Source of the DNA: a bacterium
GTDB taxonomy: Bacteria > Hinthialibacterota > Hinthialibacteria > Hinthialibacterales > Hinthialibacteraceae
Direction of reading: 5' to 3'
DNA length: 64,000 nt
Assembly: GCA_963662285.2 (NCBI GenBank)
Contig: CAXXMV010000008.1
Span: forward strand, 1,088,001 to 1,152,000
This document shows positions 19,872-28,531 of this stretch, in pieces. The first letter of the stretch is position 1. Every line of letters starts with the position of its first letter. The position numbers and the translations under genes were made by a program. The notes beneath the pieces were generated by a model. That model saw only the letters and a program-made list of their open reading frames with translations. It ran no database searches and was not told where the DNA came from.

Positions 19872-20291
19872 TTATTCCGAATCAGTTTCAGCCGGTTTCT
19901 CTTCCACAGCAACTTCAGGAGCCGGAGCTTCAGGAACCGGAGCTTCTTCAACCACAGGTTCGGCAACCGCTTCAACCGGAGCAGCTTCAACCACAGCAGG
20001 TTTATCGCTGTTTTCAAGGATTTCTTTATAAGCGCCGGAACGGAACTTCTGGATAAATCCCTGTTTCTTAAGAAGGTTGCGAGCTGTATCCGACAGTTCA
20101 ACTCCCTTTTCCAGCCATTTATAGATTTCAACTTCCTTAAATGACATTTGCGCCGGCTGCTTTACCGGATCATACCACCCGATGTTTGCAATAGTTTTTC
20201 CATCACGGCGCCAACGGGAATCGACCACAACCAGTCGGTAAAACGGAGTATTGCGTTTACCCATACGTTTCAGGCGAATCTTAACTGACAT
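19872..20291 (-). CDS. rpsP: 30S ribosomal protein S16 with acidic Pro/Ala/Glu tail
   Basis: MSVKIRLKRMG...PFYRLVVVDSR...RDG. Confidence 0.97.
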   Translation of the reverse strand: MSVKIRLKRMGKRNTPFYRLVVVDSRWRRDGKTIANIGWYDPVKQPAQMSFKEVEIYKWLEKGVELSDTARNLLKKQGFIQKFRSGAYKEILENSDKPAVVEAAPVEAVAEPVVEEAPVPEAPAPEVAVEEKPAETDSE

Positions 20292-20396
20292 TCAAAATCT
20301 CCTTTCAAAATCTAACTATCTTTTCTAAATCCAAATATATAGAAAACTGATATATTAGTCTCTTTTAATAAGTTATCTGAATTCAACGTTTTATTC

Positions 20397-20482
20397 CTAC
20401 CTCAAGCCTGGGGGAGGTTAGGAGGGGGTTGATTGGTCGAAACGCAACCCCACTCTAACTCCCCCCAGGCTTGGGGGGAGAA
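20397..20482. repeat. Intergenic palindromic element (CCCCTCCTAACCTCCCCC-type REP-like hairpin)
   Basis: CAAGCCTGGGGGAGGTTAGGAGGGGGTT pairs with AACCCCACTCTAACTCCCCCCAGGCTTG. A related half-element (GGGAGAGGGTTAGGGTGAGGG) lies near 32993-33013. Confidence 0.55.
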
Positions 20483-20501
20483 TTCTATATGATGCGTATC
20501 A

Positions 20502-21884
20502 CTACATTCCAGGAAACATATCTTTCATGCCCATAAGTTTTTTCATCATTTTTTTGTTCATCTTGGGCTTTTTAATGCCCCGTTTTTTTACGCCGCCGCC
20601 CGCCATCATACTCATCATCTGCTTTGTCTGGGCGAATTGCTTCAAAAGCCGGTTCACTTCTTTCATGGAGGTGCCGCTGCCCGTAGCGATCCTGCGTTTG
20701 CGGCTGCTATTAATAACCTGCGGCATTGTTCGTTCGCCGGGAGTCATGGAAAGAATAATGGCTTCAACGTATTTCATCTCACCATCACTCATGTCAATAT
20801 TCTTGGCCGCATCCATTCCACCCATACCGGGCAGCATGGATAACATAGAGCCGATGCCGCCCATTTTGTTCACCTGTCGAATCTGACTCAGGAAATCATC
20901 CAAAGTGAATGTTTCATTGAGAATCTTCTTTTGCAAAGCCAGCGCATCTTCTTCACTGATATTGGCTTTGGCTTTTTCGATCAGGGATAATACGTCGCCC
21001 ATACCCAGGATGCGTGAAGCCATGCGGTCCGGATAGAAAGGTTCAAGATCATCAAATTTCTCTCCCATACCAGCGAAGAGAATAGGTTTTCCAGTCACGT
21101 AACGAATGGATAAAGCGGCGCCGCCCCGCGCGTCACTATCCAGTTTAGTCAGTATAGAACCAGTGATCCCAAGACTATCATTAAACTGCTTGGCTTGGTT
21201 TACCGCATCCTGACCAACCATGGAATCGACGACCAGAATGATGTGAGTCGGTTTCCAGAATTTCTTTATCCTTGAAACCTCTTCCATCATATCTTCATCG
21301 ACATGCAGACGACCCGCGGTATCGAGAATAACCGTATCGCATCCTTCATGCCGCGCATGTTTGCTGCCCTGTTTTGCTATTTCAACAGGGTCGGCGTCAG
21401 TACCCATTTGAAAAACAGGCACGCCTACCGTCTCACCGACAACCTGAAGTTGTTTAATAGCCGCAGGTCTGTAAACATCAGCGGCGCAGAGCATCGGCTT
21501 ACGCCCTTCGCCCGCCAATCTCTTGGCCAACTTGGCCGCAGTAGTCGTCTTACCGGAACCTTGCAAACCAACCAGCATGATCCGCACGTCAGAAGCTGGT
21601 AGATCGAGCGAGCCTTCTTTACCGCCCAGCAGATCGACCATCTCTTCATTAACGATCTTGATTACCTGCTGGCCGGCATCCAGACCTTTGAGTATTTCAA
21701 CGCCGAGAGCGCGTTCCTGGATTTTCCGGCAGAAATCTTTGGTAGCATTATAGTTAACGTCCGCTTCCAGGAATGCCAGGCGGACTTCACGAAGAGCTTC
21801 CTTGATTAACGGTTCTGTAAGACGCGCTTTACCCGTTAAGTTTTTGACTATTTTTTGAAAACGAGTTGTCAGATTTTCAAACAT
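20502..21884 (-). CDS. ffh: Signal recognition particle protein Ffh
   Basis: GLQGSGKTT, DVYRPAA, DTAGR, TKLDSDARGGAALS, RILGMGD, Met-rich M domain. Confidence 0.97.
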   Translation of the reverse strand: MFENLTTRFQKIVKNLTGKARLTEPLIKEALREVRLAFLEADVNYNATKDFCRKIQERALGVEILKGLDAGQQVIKIVNEEMVDLLGGKEGSLDLPASDVRIMLVGLQGSGKTTTAAKLAKRLAGEGRKPMLCAADVYRPAAIKQLQVVGETVGVPVFQMGTDADPVEIAKQGSKHARHEGCDTVILDTAGRLHVDEDMMEEVSRIKKFWKPTHIILVVDSMVGQDAVNQAKQFNDSLGITGSILTKLDSDARGGAALSIRYVTGKPILFAGMGEKFDDLEPFYPDRMASRILGMGDVLSLIEKAKANISEEDALALQKKILNETFTLDDFLSQIRQVNKMGGIGSMLSMLPGMGGMDAAKNIDMSDGEMKYVEAIILSMTPGERTMPQVINSSRKRRIATGSGTSMKEVNRLLKQFAQTKQMMSMMAGGGVKKRGIKKPKMNKKMMKKLMGMKDMFPGM

Positions 21885-21962
21885 ATTCGCCGCCGTACTA
21901 TGTAATCCTTATACTTCCACACTATCCGATGATTCAAGCAAAATATTTTGATGCTATATTAT

Positions 21963-22352
21963 TTATTGCATCCCAATTATATCTTTGATGCGTTTAACCT
22001 GCTTCTGAATTGGAATCATATCATAAGCAATATCTACGCTTGTCAGTTTAGATAACCTTGTTATTTGTTCTTTTAATTCATCAATATCTATATCCAATGA
22101 AGACGAACTATCTGGCTTTTCCTTGCTGGATATCAATCCTAAATGTTCTTCAAACCGCAACAAGGATTTCTTTCCATGCGATATAGTATCGTGCACCGCC
22201 TGACGGGAAATATTCTCTGTCTCGGCAATTTCACCATAGGATATATCTTCGCTGTAATAAAGGTCAAGAAAATCCCGTTGACGGTCAGTCAACAAGCCGC
22301 CATAAATATCCAGCAAAGCTCCGATTCTCTGTTTTTCTTGCAATGATTCCAT
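21963..22352 (-). CDS. ylxM: YlxM-family HTH protein (SRP-associated)
   Basis: LLDIYGGLLTDRQ, YYSEDISYGEIA, ISRQAVHD. Immediately upstream of ffh. Confidence 0.85.
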   Translation of the reverse strand: MESLQEKQRIGALLDIYGGLLTDRQRDFLDLYYSEDISYGEIAETENISRQAVHDTISHGKKSLLRFEEHLGLISSKEKPDSSSSLDIDIDELKEQITRLSKLTSVDIAYDMIPIQKQVKRIKDIIGMQ

Positions 22353-22601
22353 ATCAAGAACCCTACCTGAATCCACACGTAAATAACATCCACTTGACAG
22401 AATATTTCTCTCCAGACAATCAGTCAAGCATCATACACTGCCAGCTTAAAATAAAATTCATCCATAGAAAACCATAAGTTATTAATAATCATCGACCTGA
22501 AAACCATAAAAATTATTGTATTTCCTGATTATTTGATTTATTTATGCTATCATCCGTAACAGATCAGTATCATCAACGTTTATAAATCAGATAAATATAC
22601 T

Positions 22602-24299
22602 ATGGTTACTATTTCCAATTACCAAACAAGAACCGCTCCGTCTGTATTACAACAGACCATATCAATTATTTTAAATGGACAATCCCTGGTTTTGCTGCGT
22701 CGCCAGGTCAATTTGCTCTTTCGACAACCAATAGGTTTCTGGTTATTCGGCTCAGTATTGATTTTGATATCATTTGGATTTGTCACCCAATATGGCGCCC
22801 TGGCCGCAAAAACATACGATCTATCACAATTATCTATTATCGGAAATACGCTACTCAATAACTACAGGCTTTTTACCTTTATCACCCTCGTCATAATGGT
22901 TCCCATTATAGGAGTTGCTTCCATCACTCAAGAGCGTGAAGCGAATACGCTCGATTTAATGCTCACCACCGGGATCACTCCCCTGGAATTCATTTTCTCC
23001 AAAGTAGCCTCATCTCTCGCGGTTATATTTGTCGCCATTTTTGCAACACTGCCCATCCTGGCTATAACCCTATCCATGGGAGGCGTCAGCCCCTTGGATG
23101 TTATCGCTATGTTCTTATTAGAGATATTCATAGCCATATCAGGAATTTGCGTGGGTATATCCATGGGCGCCATGATGGCCAGTTTCCCCATCGGCCTGAT
23201 ATCCTCTTATACTATCATTCTGGTAATATTCTATCCCGCATGGCGTATGGCGGCCTTTGGAACAGTGAACGAAAACTTATTTCGCGCCTATCCCGGCATA
23301 GTAGCAATGATGTTCTTGTCATTTGTATTAATTAGACTTGTACCTGCCCTATTGACGCGTGAGATCAACAAAGTCAAACCTAAATCCTGGCGCCCTATCT
23401 CTATAAAAGGCGTCGATGCTCAATTATGGACTTTCCTGGGAACGCGGGATTATTTAGAACCGATTCAGTCCAATGAAAATCCCATTTACGTTTCTGAACG
23501 CGAACGGTTTCTCTCAGCCGTCACCCGGCGCGATTTCGATGCGCCGTCAGTTCTCTGGCTTGTTTCCATTCTCTTATTTTATATTGCCTTGAAAAGCCCG
23601 ACTTTCATGCTGCAATTTGAATATGTAATCGTGTTGTTCTTCGTTCCATCCGTGGCGGCCACCATGTTTTCGGGTGAACATGAACGCAAGAGTTGGGAAT
23701 CACTCAGAGCTTCTTTAATATCATCCACTCAAATATTTTGGGGGAAAATCCGCCTGGCTATCGGGCAGGGTTTGGTTCACGTATACGCCTCTTATATTCC
23801 AGCGCTTATGGTTTTAGGCATGATCTGGTTGTTGATATCTTTTAGAGCCGAAACATCCTACTACAAAACGATAAATCTCTTTACCGTCTGGGGTGGACAT
23901 GGGCTGATTCTTATCATAGTCAGTATAATGGTCTGCTTTATCTCATCTCTATCAATGTTTATATCATCACTTTACAAAAGAAACCTCTATGCCTTGATGA
24001 CCGCTTACTCTATTACTTTCCTCTTCCTGTATTTGCCGATTTTCCTCAAACAGATGCACCCATTCCCCGGCGCCGTACTCGGCGGCGAACATCCAATGGA
24101 TATTTTCTCCTACATTTTAGGGGTATGGCATTCACCTTTTATATTCAACGTATGGCCTAAAGTTAAAACGAATAATGCTCAAGCAGTGATCAATCCACTA
24201 TTCTGGAAACTTTATATCGCTCATTTATCATTGCTCGCTTCAGGAACCGTCTTCTTCTTCATAGCAACCTGGAGACGAATAAAACTTTCAGAAGAATAA
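22602..24299 (+). CDS. ABC-2 type transporter permease with duplicated domain
   Basis: Two copies of the motif (SITQEREANTLDLMLTT and FSGEHERKSWESLRAS) and many TM helices. Confidence 0.75.
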   Translation: MVTISNYQTRTAPSVLQQTISIILNGQSLVLLRRQVNLLFRQPIGFWLFGSVLILISFGFVTQYGALAAKTYDLSQLSIIGNTLLNNYRLFTFITLVIMVPIIGVASITQEREANTLDLMLTTGITPLEFIFSKVASSLAVIFVAIFATLPILAITLSMGGVSPLDVIAMFLLEIFIAISGICVGISMGAMMASFPIGLISSYTIILVIFYPAWRMAAFGTVNENLFRAYPGIVAMMFLSFVLIRLVPALLTREINKVKPKSWRPISIKGVDAQLWTFLGTRDYLEPIQSNENPIYVSERERFLSAVTRRDFDAPSVLWLVSILLFYIALKSPTFMLQFEYVIVLFFVPSVAATMFSGEHERKSWESLRASLISSTQIFWGKIRLAIGQGLVHVYASYIPALMVLGMIWLLISFRAETSYYKTINLFTVWGGHGLILIIVSIMVCFISSLSMFISSLYKRNLYALMTAYSITFLFLYLPIFLKQMHPFPGAVLGGEHPMDIFSYILGVWHSPFIFNVWPKVKTNNAQAVINPLFWKLYIAHLSLLASGTVFFFIATWRRIKLSEE

Positions 24300-24313
24300 C
24301 CTACCAAAAACAA

Positions 24314-24340
24314 GTAGGGTGCGCCCCTCGTGGGCGCCCG
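24314..24340. repeat. GTAG-type REP-like palindrome
   Basis: GTAGGGTGCGCCCCTCGTGGGCGCCCG between convergent genes. Confidence 0.5.
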
Positions 24341-24376
24341 AAACATTAAACAACGTTGATATGCAAAGGTAGATTA

Positions 24377-26482
24377 TCAAATACACACGTTAGCGGTAAA
24401 TTGGTAAATATCGCCTAATGGTTGATAAAATATCGCTCTACGGTCGGATATGAATTGACCAAGAACCCGGTTTAATTCATTCTGCGTATTGAGTTCTGTT
24501 ATAGGCCAAATGATTTTAAGCGAATTCAACGCCTCTTGTTTGATCCCTTCCTCAATATCAAAAACAAACCTTTTCCAATATTTAGAAACATCGAGTTCAA
24601 TGAATTCTGCATCATTGATTAAAATCCGAAGTGGCGCCTCCATCTGTTCAGCATAGGGTAACCGCAATGTAATTTCGAAATGAATCGATTTCTTCAGGCT
24701 GCAAAAAAAGAGAAATTCATTTTGTAGTGAATAAGACCGGAAATAGCCCAATTTATCCAGACAAAATGCCTCTGATTGTTCCCACGAACGAATAGCAGAA
24801 TAGGGCTGGAGTAAATCAATCTTCTTTTTGGCTGCATCATGGTGCGCAGACCGGATTCGTTTAATCGGCGACAATGAATGTTTGTCTTTTGTTTCATAAA
24901 ATTCTATGTTGTCAACTAGATGGCGATAGGAAAATGGACCAAGAGTTCCCAGGCGGTAAATAACATATTTATCGCCATTATCCCAGGTTTTTTGATAAGC
25001 GGATGTCATTATAGGGGGTATTGGAATGCCCGCTATTTTGGTCCATTGATTCAAATTATGATATGTAGTCTCATTACTCCCGGCAGCGACTCCACAATGA
25101 TGGCGGACAATGGCGCCGGGCTGTCCCCACGAGGCATTATGATTGGCGGCCAGCAAATGAGCTCGAGTCAAAACCTCTGAAGGTGGATCAAACGCTTCAT
25201 CAATAAGACTTTCAACGCAGCACTCTGCATCACACAGCTCGGATAGCAGTTGCCGCGCTGTTGAACTCATCGAAACTTTAATTCCCAGCGCCGTCAAATG
25301 GCAATAGTCAAAAAACAAGCGTCGATCCGGCAATTCATTGTTCAGGTAGTTCTTAAAGATAACGGGTAGATCAATCAGTTGAATGTTGAACTTACTGGAT
25401 TCATTACGCAGATGATCTTGAATAAAACCATAACAACGAGGCGTGTTTAACCAATGCCAAAGTTCAGCGTCCCTGGCTTCTTTATAATAGTGTTCACTTT
25501 TATCCGCATTCCCTTGTTCGCAATAAAACTGCGCTAACAATGACGGCGCTATTGATGATGATCCCTTATCTATGGCGGTCATCTCTAATAGTTGCGCTTC
25601 AATTTCGTCTTCATCATTGCGCTGTAAAGCATCCTTGGCATCGCCAAAAACTTTTAACCACCTATTTGTATCCTGGGGTTTTAAATATGGAACAGAATGC
25701 CGGGTATCATTTTTGTAATCAACCAGGTTAAATTCCGGGAGAACGAAAAAGATACGGATGTTTCTCTTTTCCGTAATTTCAAGACAGCATTGCAACAAAG
25801 ATTGAATTTGCTCTTTTACCCAATCTTTTAGTCTTTCTCTATATTCAATTATTGATCCACTCTTTGAGATAATTCCTGCAAATTCAGCGGCTTTTTTTTG
25901 TAGCAAATCATTGTATGCGAGCCAGTTATTTCCTGCGAATAAAACCAGGCAATCCGGTTCAAGTTTCAGCGAGTCTTCCATTAAATACTGTAAATCTTTA
26001 ATCCCCAGATCAGCGCGAGCCAAATCAATAACTTCAAATTCATCACAACCGTTATTATTTTTTATGCTGCTATTCAAAATTGTTTCAAGCACCGAGGCCG
26101 GAGTATAATGCGGCTCAAGAAAAAAACCTCGCGCGACTGATTCTCCTATAAACACAACTCTTTTTTTTGAACTTTTCGGTGGAATATACTGACAATCCGC
26201 CCACATCCCCGCTTCGATAACATCTACATCGGGATTTTTAATATAGCCTGGATTATTATCATCTGAGTCAGGAATCCAAATACCAATTCCATGATTTTGC
26301 TTGCCAGAATTTGGCGCTTGATATGTAGATTCTTCCGCCTGTTGTTTGGGAACAGGATTACCTAAGAGAGAGCATGTATTTAATTCCTGGATAAGATCAA
26401 AAGGTTCATGTGACTGGTGCAGCCGTTCAGCGATCCGGTCGCAGATTTCTTTCTGTTTATGGAGTAGTTCTCTGTTTATCAT
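24377..26482 (-). CDS. Hypothetical protein with SGNH/GDSL-like motifs and a TPR-like segment
   Basis: FIGESVARG (block I-like), FAGNN (block III-like), DYCH (DxxH). Co-oriented downstream of the carbamoyltransferase. Confidence 0.6.
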   Translation of the reverse strand: MINRELLHKQKEICDRIAERLHQSHEPFDLIQELNTCSLLGNPVPKQQAEESTYQAPNSGKQNHGIGIWIPDSDDNNPGYIKNPDVDVIEAGMWADCQYIPPKSSKKRVVFIGESVARGFFLEPHYTPASVLETILNSSIKNNNGCDEFEVIDLARADLGIKDLQYLMEDSLKLEPDCLVLFAGNNWLAYNDLLQKKAAEFAGIISKSGSIIEYRERLKDWVKEQIQSLLQCCLEITEKRNIRIFFVLPEFNLVDYKNDTRHSVPYLKPQDTNRWLKVFGDAKDALQRNDEDEIEAQLLEMTAIDKGSSSIAPSLLAQFYCEQGNADKSEHYYKEARDAELWHWLNTPRCYGFIQDHLRNESSKFNIQLIDLPVIFKNYLNNELPDRRLFFDYCHLTALGIKVSMSSTARQLLSELCDAECCVESLIDEAFDPPSEVLTRAHLLAANHNASWGQPGAIVRHHCGVAAGSNETTYHNLNQWTKIAGIPIPPIMTSAYQKTWDNGDKYVIYRLGTLGPFSYRHLVDNIEFYETKDKHSLSPIKRIRSAHHDAAKKKIDLLQPYSAIRSWEQSEAFCLDKLGYFRSYSLQNEFLFFCSLKKSIHFEITLRLPYAEQMEAPLRILINDAEFIELDVSKYWKRFVFDIEEGIKQEALNSLKIIWPITELNTQNELNRVLGQFISDRRAIFYQPLGDIYQFTANVCI

Positions 26483-26502
26483 GGATTGATATCCCGTGGT
26501 CT

Positions 26503-28260
26503 CTAGAAAAAAGTATAGACTGAGTGGTCGATATTTGCAGATTTGGGGCCTTCGAAAACATCAATAATATCATACCAAAAATCAGGAACGGAATCTTGAT
26601 CGATTATGATATCCTGCAACACTAAAGCATCCATTTTCGAACGAACAAAACAGCGAACCGCATCAATGGGGCTGCAAACAATTGGTTCATCTTTCATATT
26701 GAACGATGTATTCAGTAATATCGGGCAGTTAGTCAACTGGTCAAAACAACGCAACAACGCAGCAAAACGTGGATTATATTCATCTGTAACAGTTTGAACT
26801 CTGGCGGAACCATTAACATGAGTAATCGCCGGTAAATCCAGAGATGAACATACCTGACACACCAGAAGCATGAATGGAGACGGGCGGTCTAATTCGAAAT
26901 GTTCAGCCATTTTGTCATATAACACTACCGGAGCAAACGGGCGGAATGCTTCACGCTTTTTTACTAGAGCATTGATTTTATCGCGCATTTCCGGTCGGCG
27001 GGGATCAGCCAAGATGGATCGCGCTCCCAAGGCTCTTGGCCCAAATTCCATCCGTTCTTGAAACCACCCAATGATTTGCCCTTGGGCTAGACGTTTTGCA
27101 ACATCTTCACATAGGGAATCAAATTTCCCCTGGTAATCCTTAAACGCCAGCGGTGTTTCACCAACCAAACTTACGATTTCCTGAGATGAATAACCGGGAC
27201 CTAAGTAGGTATGTTCCATACGGCCCAAGGAATAAGAACTTGACGTACGTTTAGCGTATACATAGGCTGCGGCGCCAAGTGAACTGCCGGCATCTCCGGC
27301 GGCTGGTTGAACGAAGAGATTTTTGTAAGGACCTTCATCCAGAATACGGCCATTGGCAACGCAATTCAGCGCCACCCCACCCGCCATGCATAAATTATCC
27401 GATGGCGCTTTGGTATAGAGATATTGTACTTTTTCAAGCAATAATTCTTCGAGAACAACCTGTAAACTCTTCGCGACATCTTGATGAAAAGTTTCAATCT
27501 CTTCATCTTTTGTTCTGGCGGGACGCTTGAATAATTCGACCAATGCGTCGGAAAACATTCTCTTGCCTGATAAAAAATCGAAAAACTCGAGATTTAATGT
27601 TAGTTGATTGTCCCTATGCGATTCAATTAATTGCCAAATCTGATCGGTGTAGACTGGCTTGCCATACGGCGCAAGCCCCATGACTTTGTACTCGCCATCG
27701 TTGACGTCAAATCCAAGATAACTGGTTAAGGTGCTGTAAAACAATCCAAATGAATGGGGGAAATGAATTTCATCAATGATTTGAACGCCTTGCTCCGAAC
27801 CCATACCTAGCGTTGTCGTCGCCCATTCACCGACGCTATCCACAGTAAGAATGGCCGCCTGCTCAAATCCAGAAAAACAAAAACTACTAGCCGCATGAGC
27901 CAGATGATGATCAATGCATTCTATATCGCCTTCATAACCAATAACATTCCTTATTTCCTGCTCTGGACGGCGCGAATTCATACGCTCAATTAATTGCTCA
28001 TCATAGGGCAATCCTTGGGATAACAACCACAGTTGTCTTGACAGTTTTTTTTCGGGAGCCTCATAGTATGCGATGCAATCAATATCGCATATTGATAGAT
28101 CAGCTTCTTCTAAACAATATCGGGTTGCTTGTTTAGGAATTCCCGCATCATATTTAATCCGGGAAAATCGTTCCTCCTGAGCGGCGGCGATTAATTTCCC
28201 ATCTTTTATGATGCAGCATGAAGAATCATGATAAAGTGCAGAAATCCCTAATATATTCAT
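26503..28260 (-). CDS. Carbamoyltransferase, NodU/CmcH/TobZ family
   Basis: LGISALYHDS, AQEERFSR, HHLAHAAS, GEYKVMGLAPYG, GGVALNCVANG, EFGPRALG, LLNTSFN. Confidence 0.93.
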   Translation of the reverse strand: MNILGISALYHDSSCCIIKDGKLIAAAQEERFSRIKYDAGIPKQATRYCLEEADLSICDIDCIAYYEAPEKKLSRQLWLLSQGLPYDEQLIERMNSRRPEQEIRNVIGYEGDIECIDHHLAHAASSFCFSGFEQAAILTVDSVGEWATTTLGMGSEQGVQIIDEIHFPHSFGLFYSTLTSYLGFDVNDGEYKVMGLAPYGKPVYTDQIWQLIESHRDNQLTLNLEFFDFLSGKRMFSDALVELFKRPARTKDEEIETFHQDVAKSLQVVLEELLLEKVQYLYTKAPSDNLCMAGGVALNCVANGRILDEGPYKNLFVQPAAGDAGSSLGAAAYVYAKRTSSSYSLGRMEHTYLGPGYSSQEIVSLVGETPLAFKDYQGKFDSLCEDVAKRLAQGQIIGWFQERMEFGPRALGARSILADPRRPEMRDKINALVKKREAFRPFAPVVLYDKMAEHFELDRPSPFMLLVCQVCSSLDLPAITHVNGSARVQTVTDEYNPRFAALLRCFDQLTNCPILLNTSFNMKDEPIVCSPIDAVRCFVRSKMDALVLQDIIIDQDSVPDFWYDIIDVFEGPKSANIDHSVYTFF

Positions 28261-28531
28261 ATTAAAAAGTGTTTTTTATTTTTCCCCTATTATATTTATT
28301 CCAATCACAGAAGAGCAAGTATTATAATCAAGTTAATGAGTGATTGCAAATGAACATGGCAAACGTCTTTATCAACCATTCCCATCCCACAACAAACTCA
28401 TCCAAAAACAAAATCTAAACATTAACCTATGAAAAATCATTAGATCAATTAATTCCAAATCCACTATTTCATGCTAAAATCACTATTACATTCATTCCAT
28501 ATTAAAAATCTCCTAAAGAAGGATTAATTAA

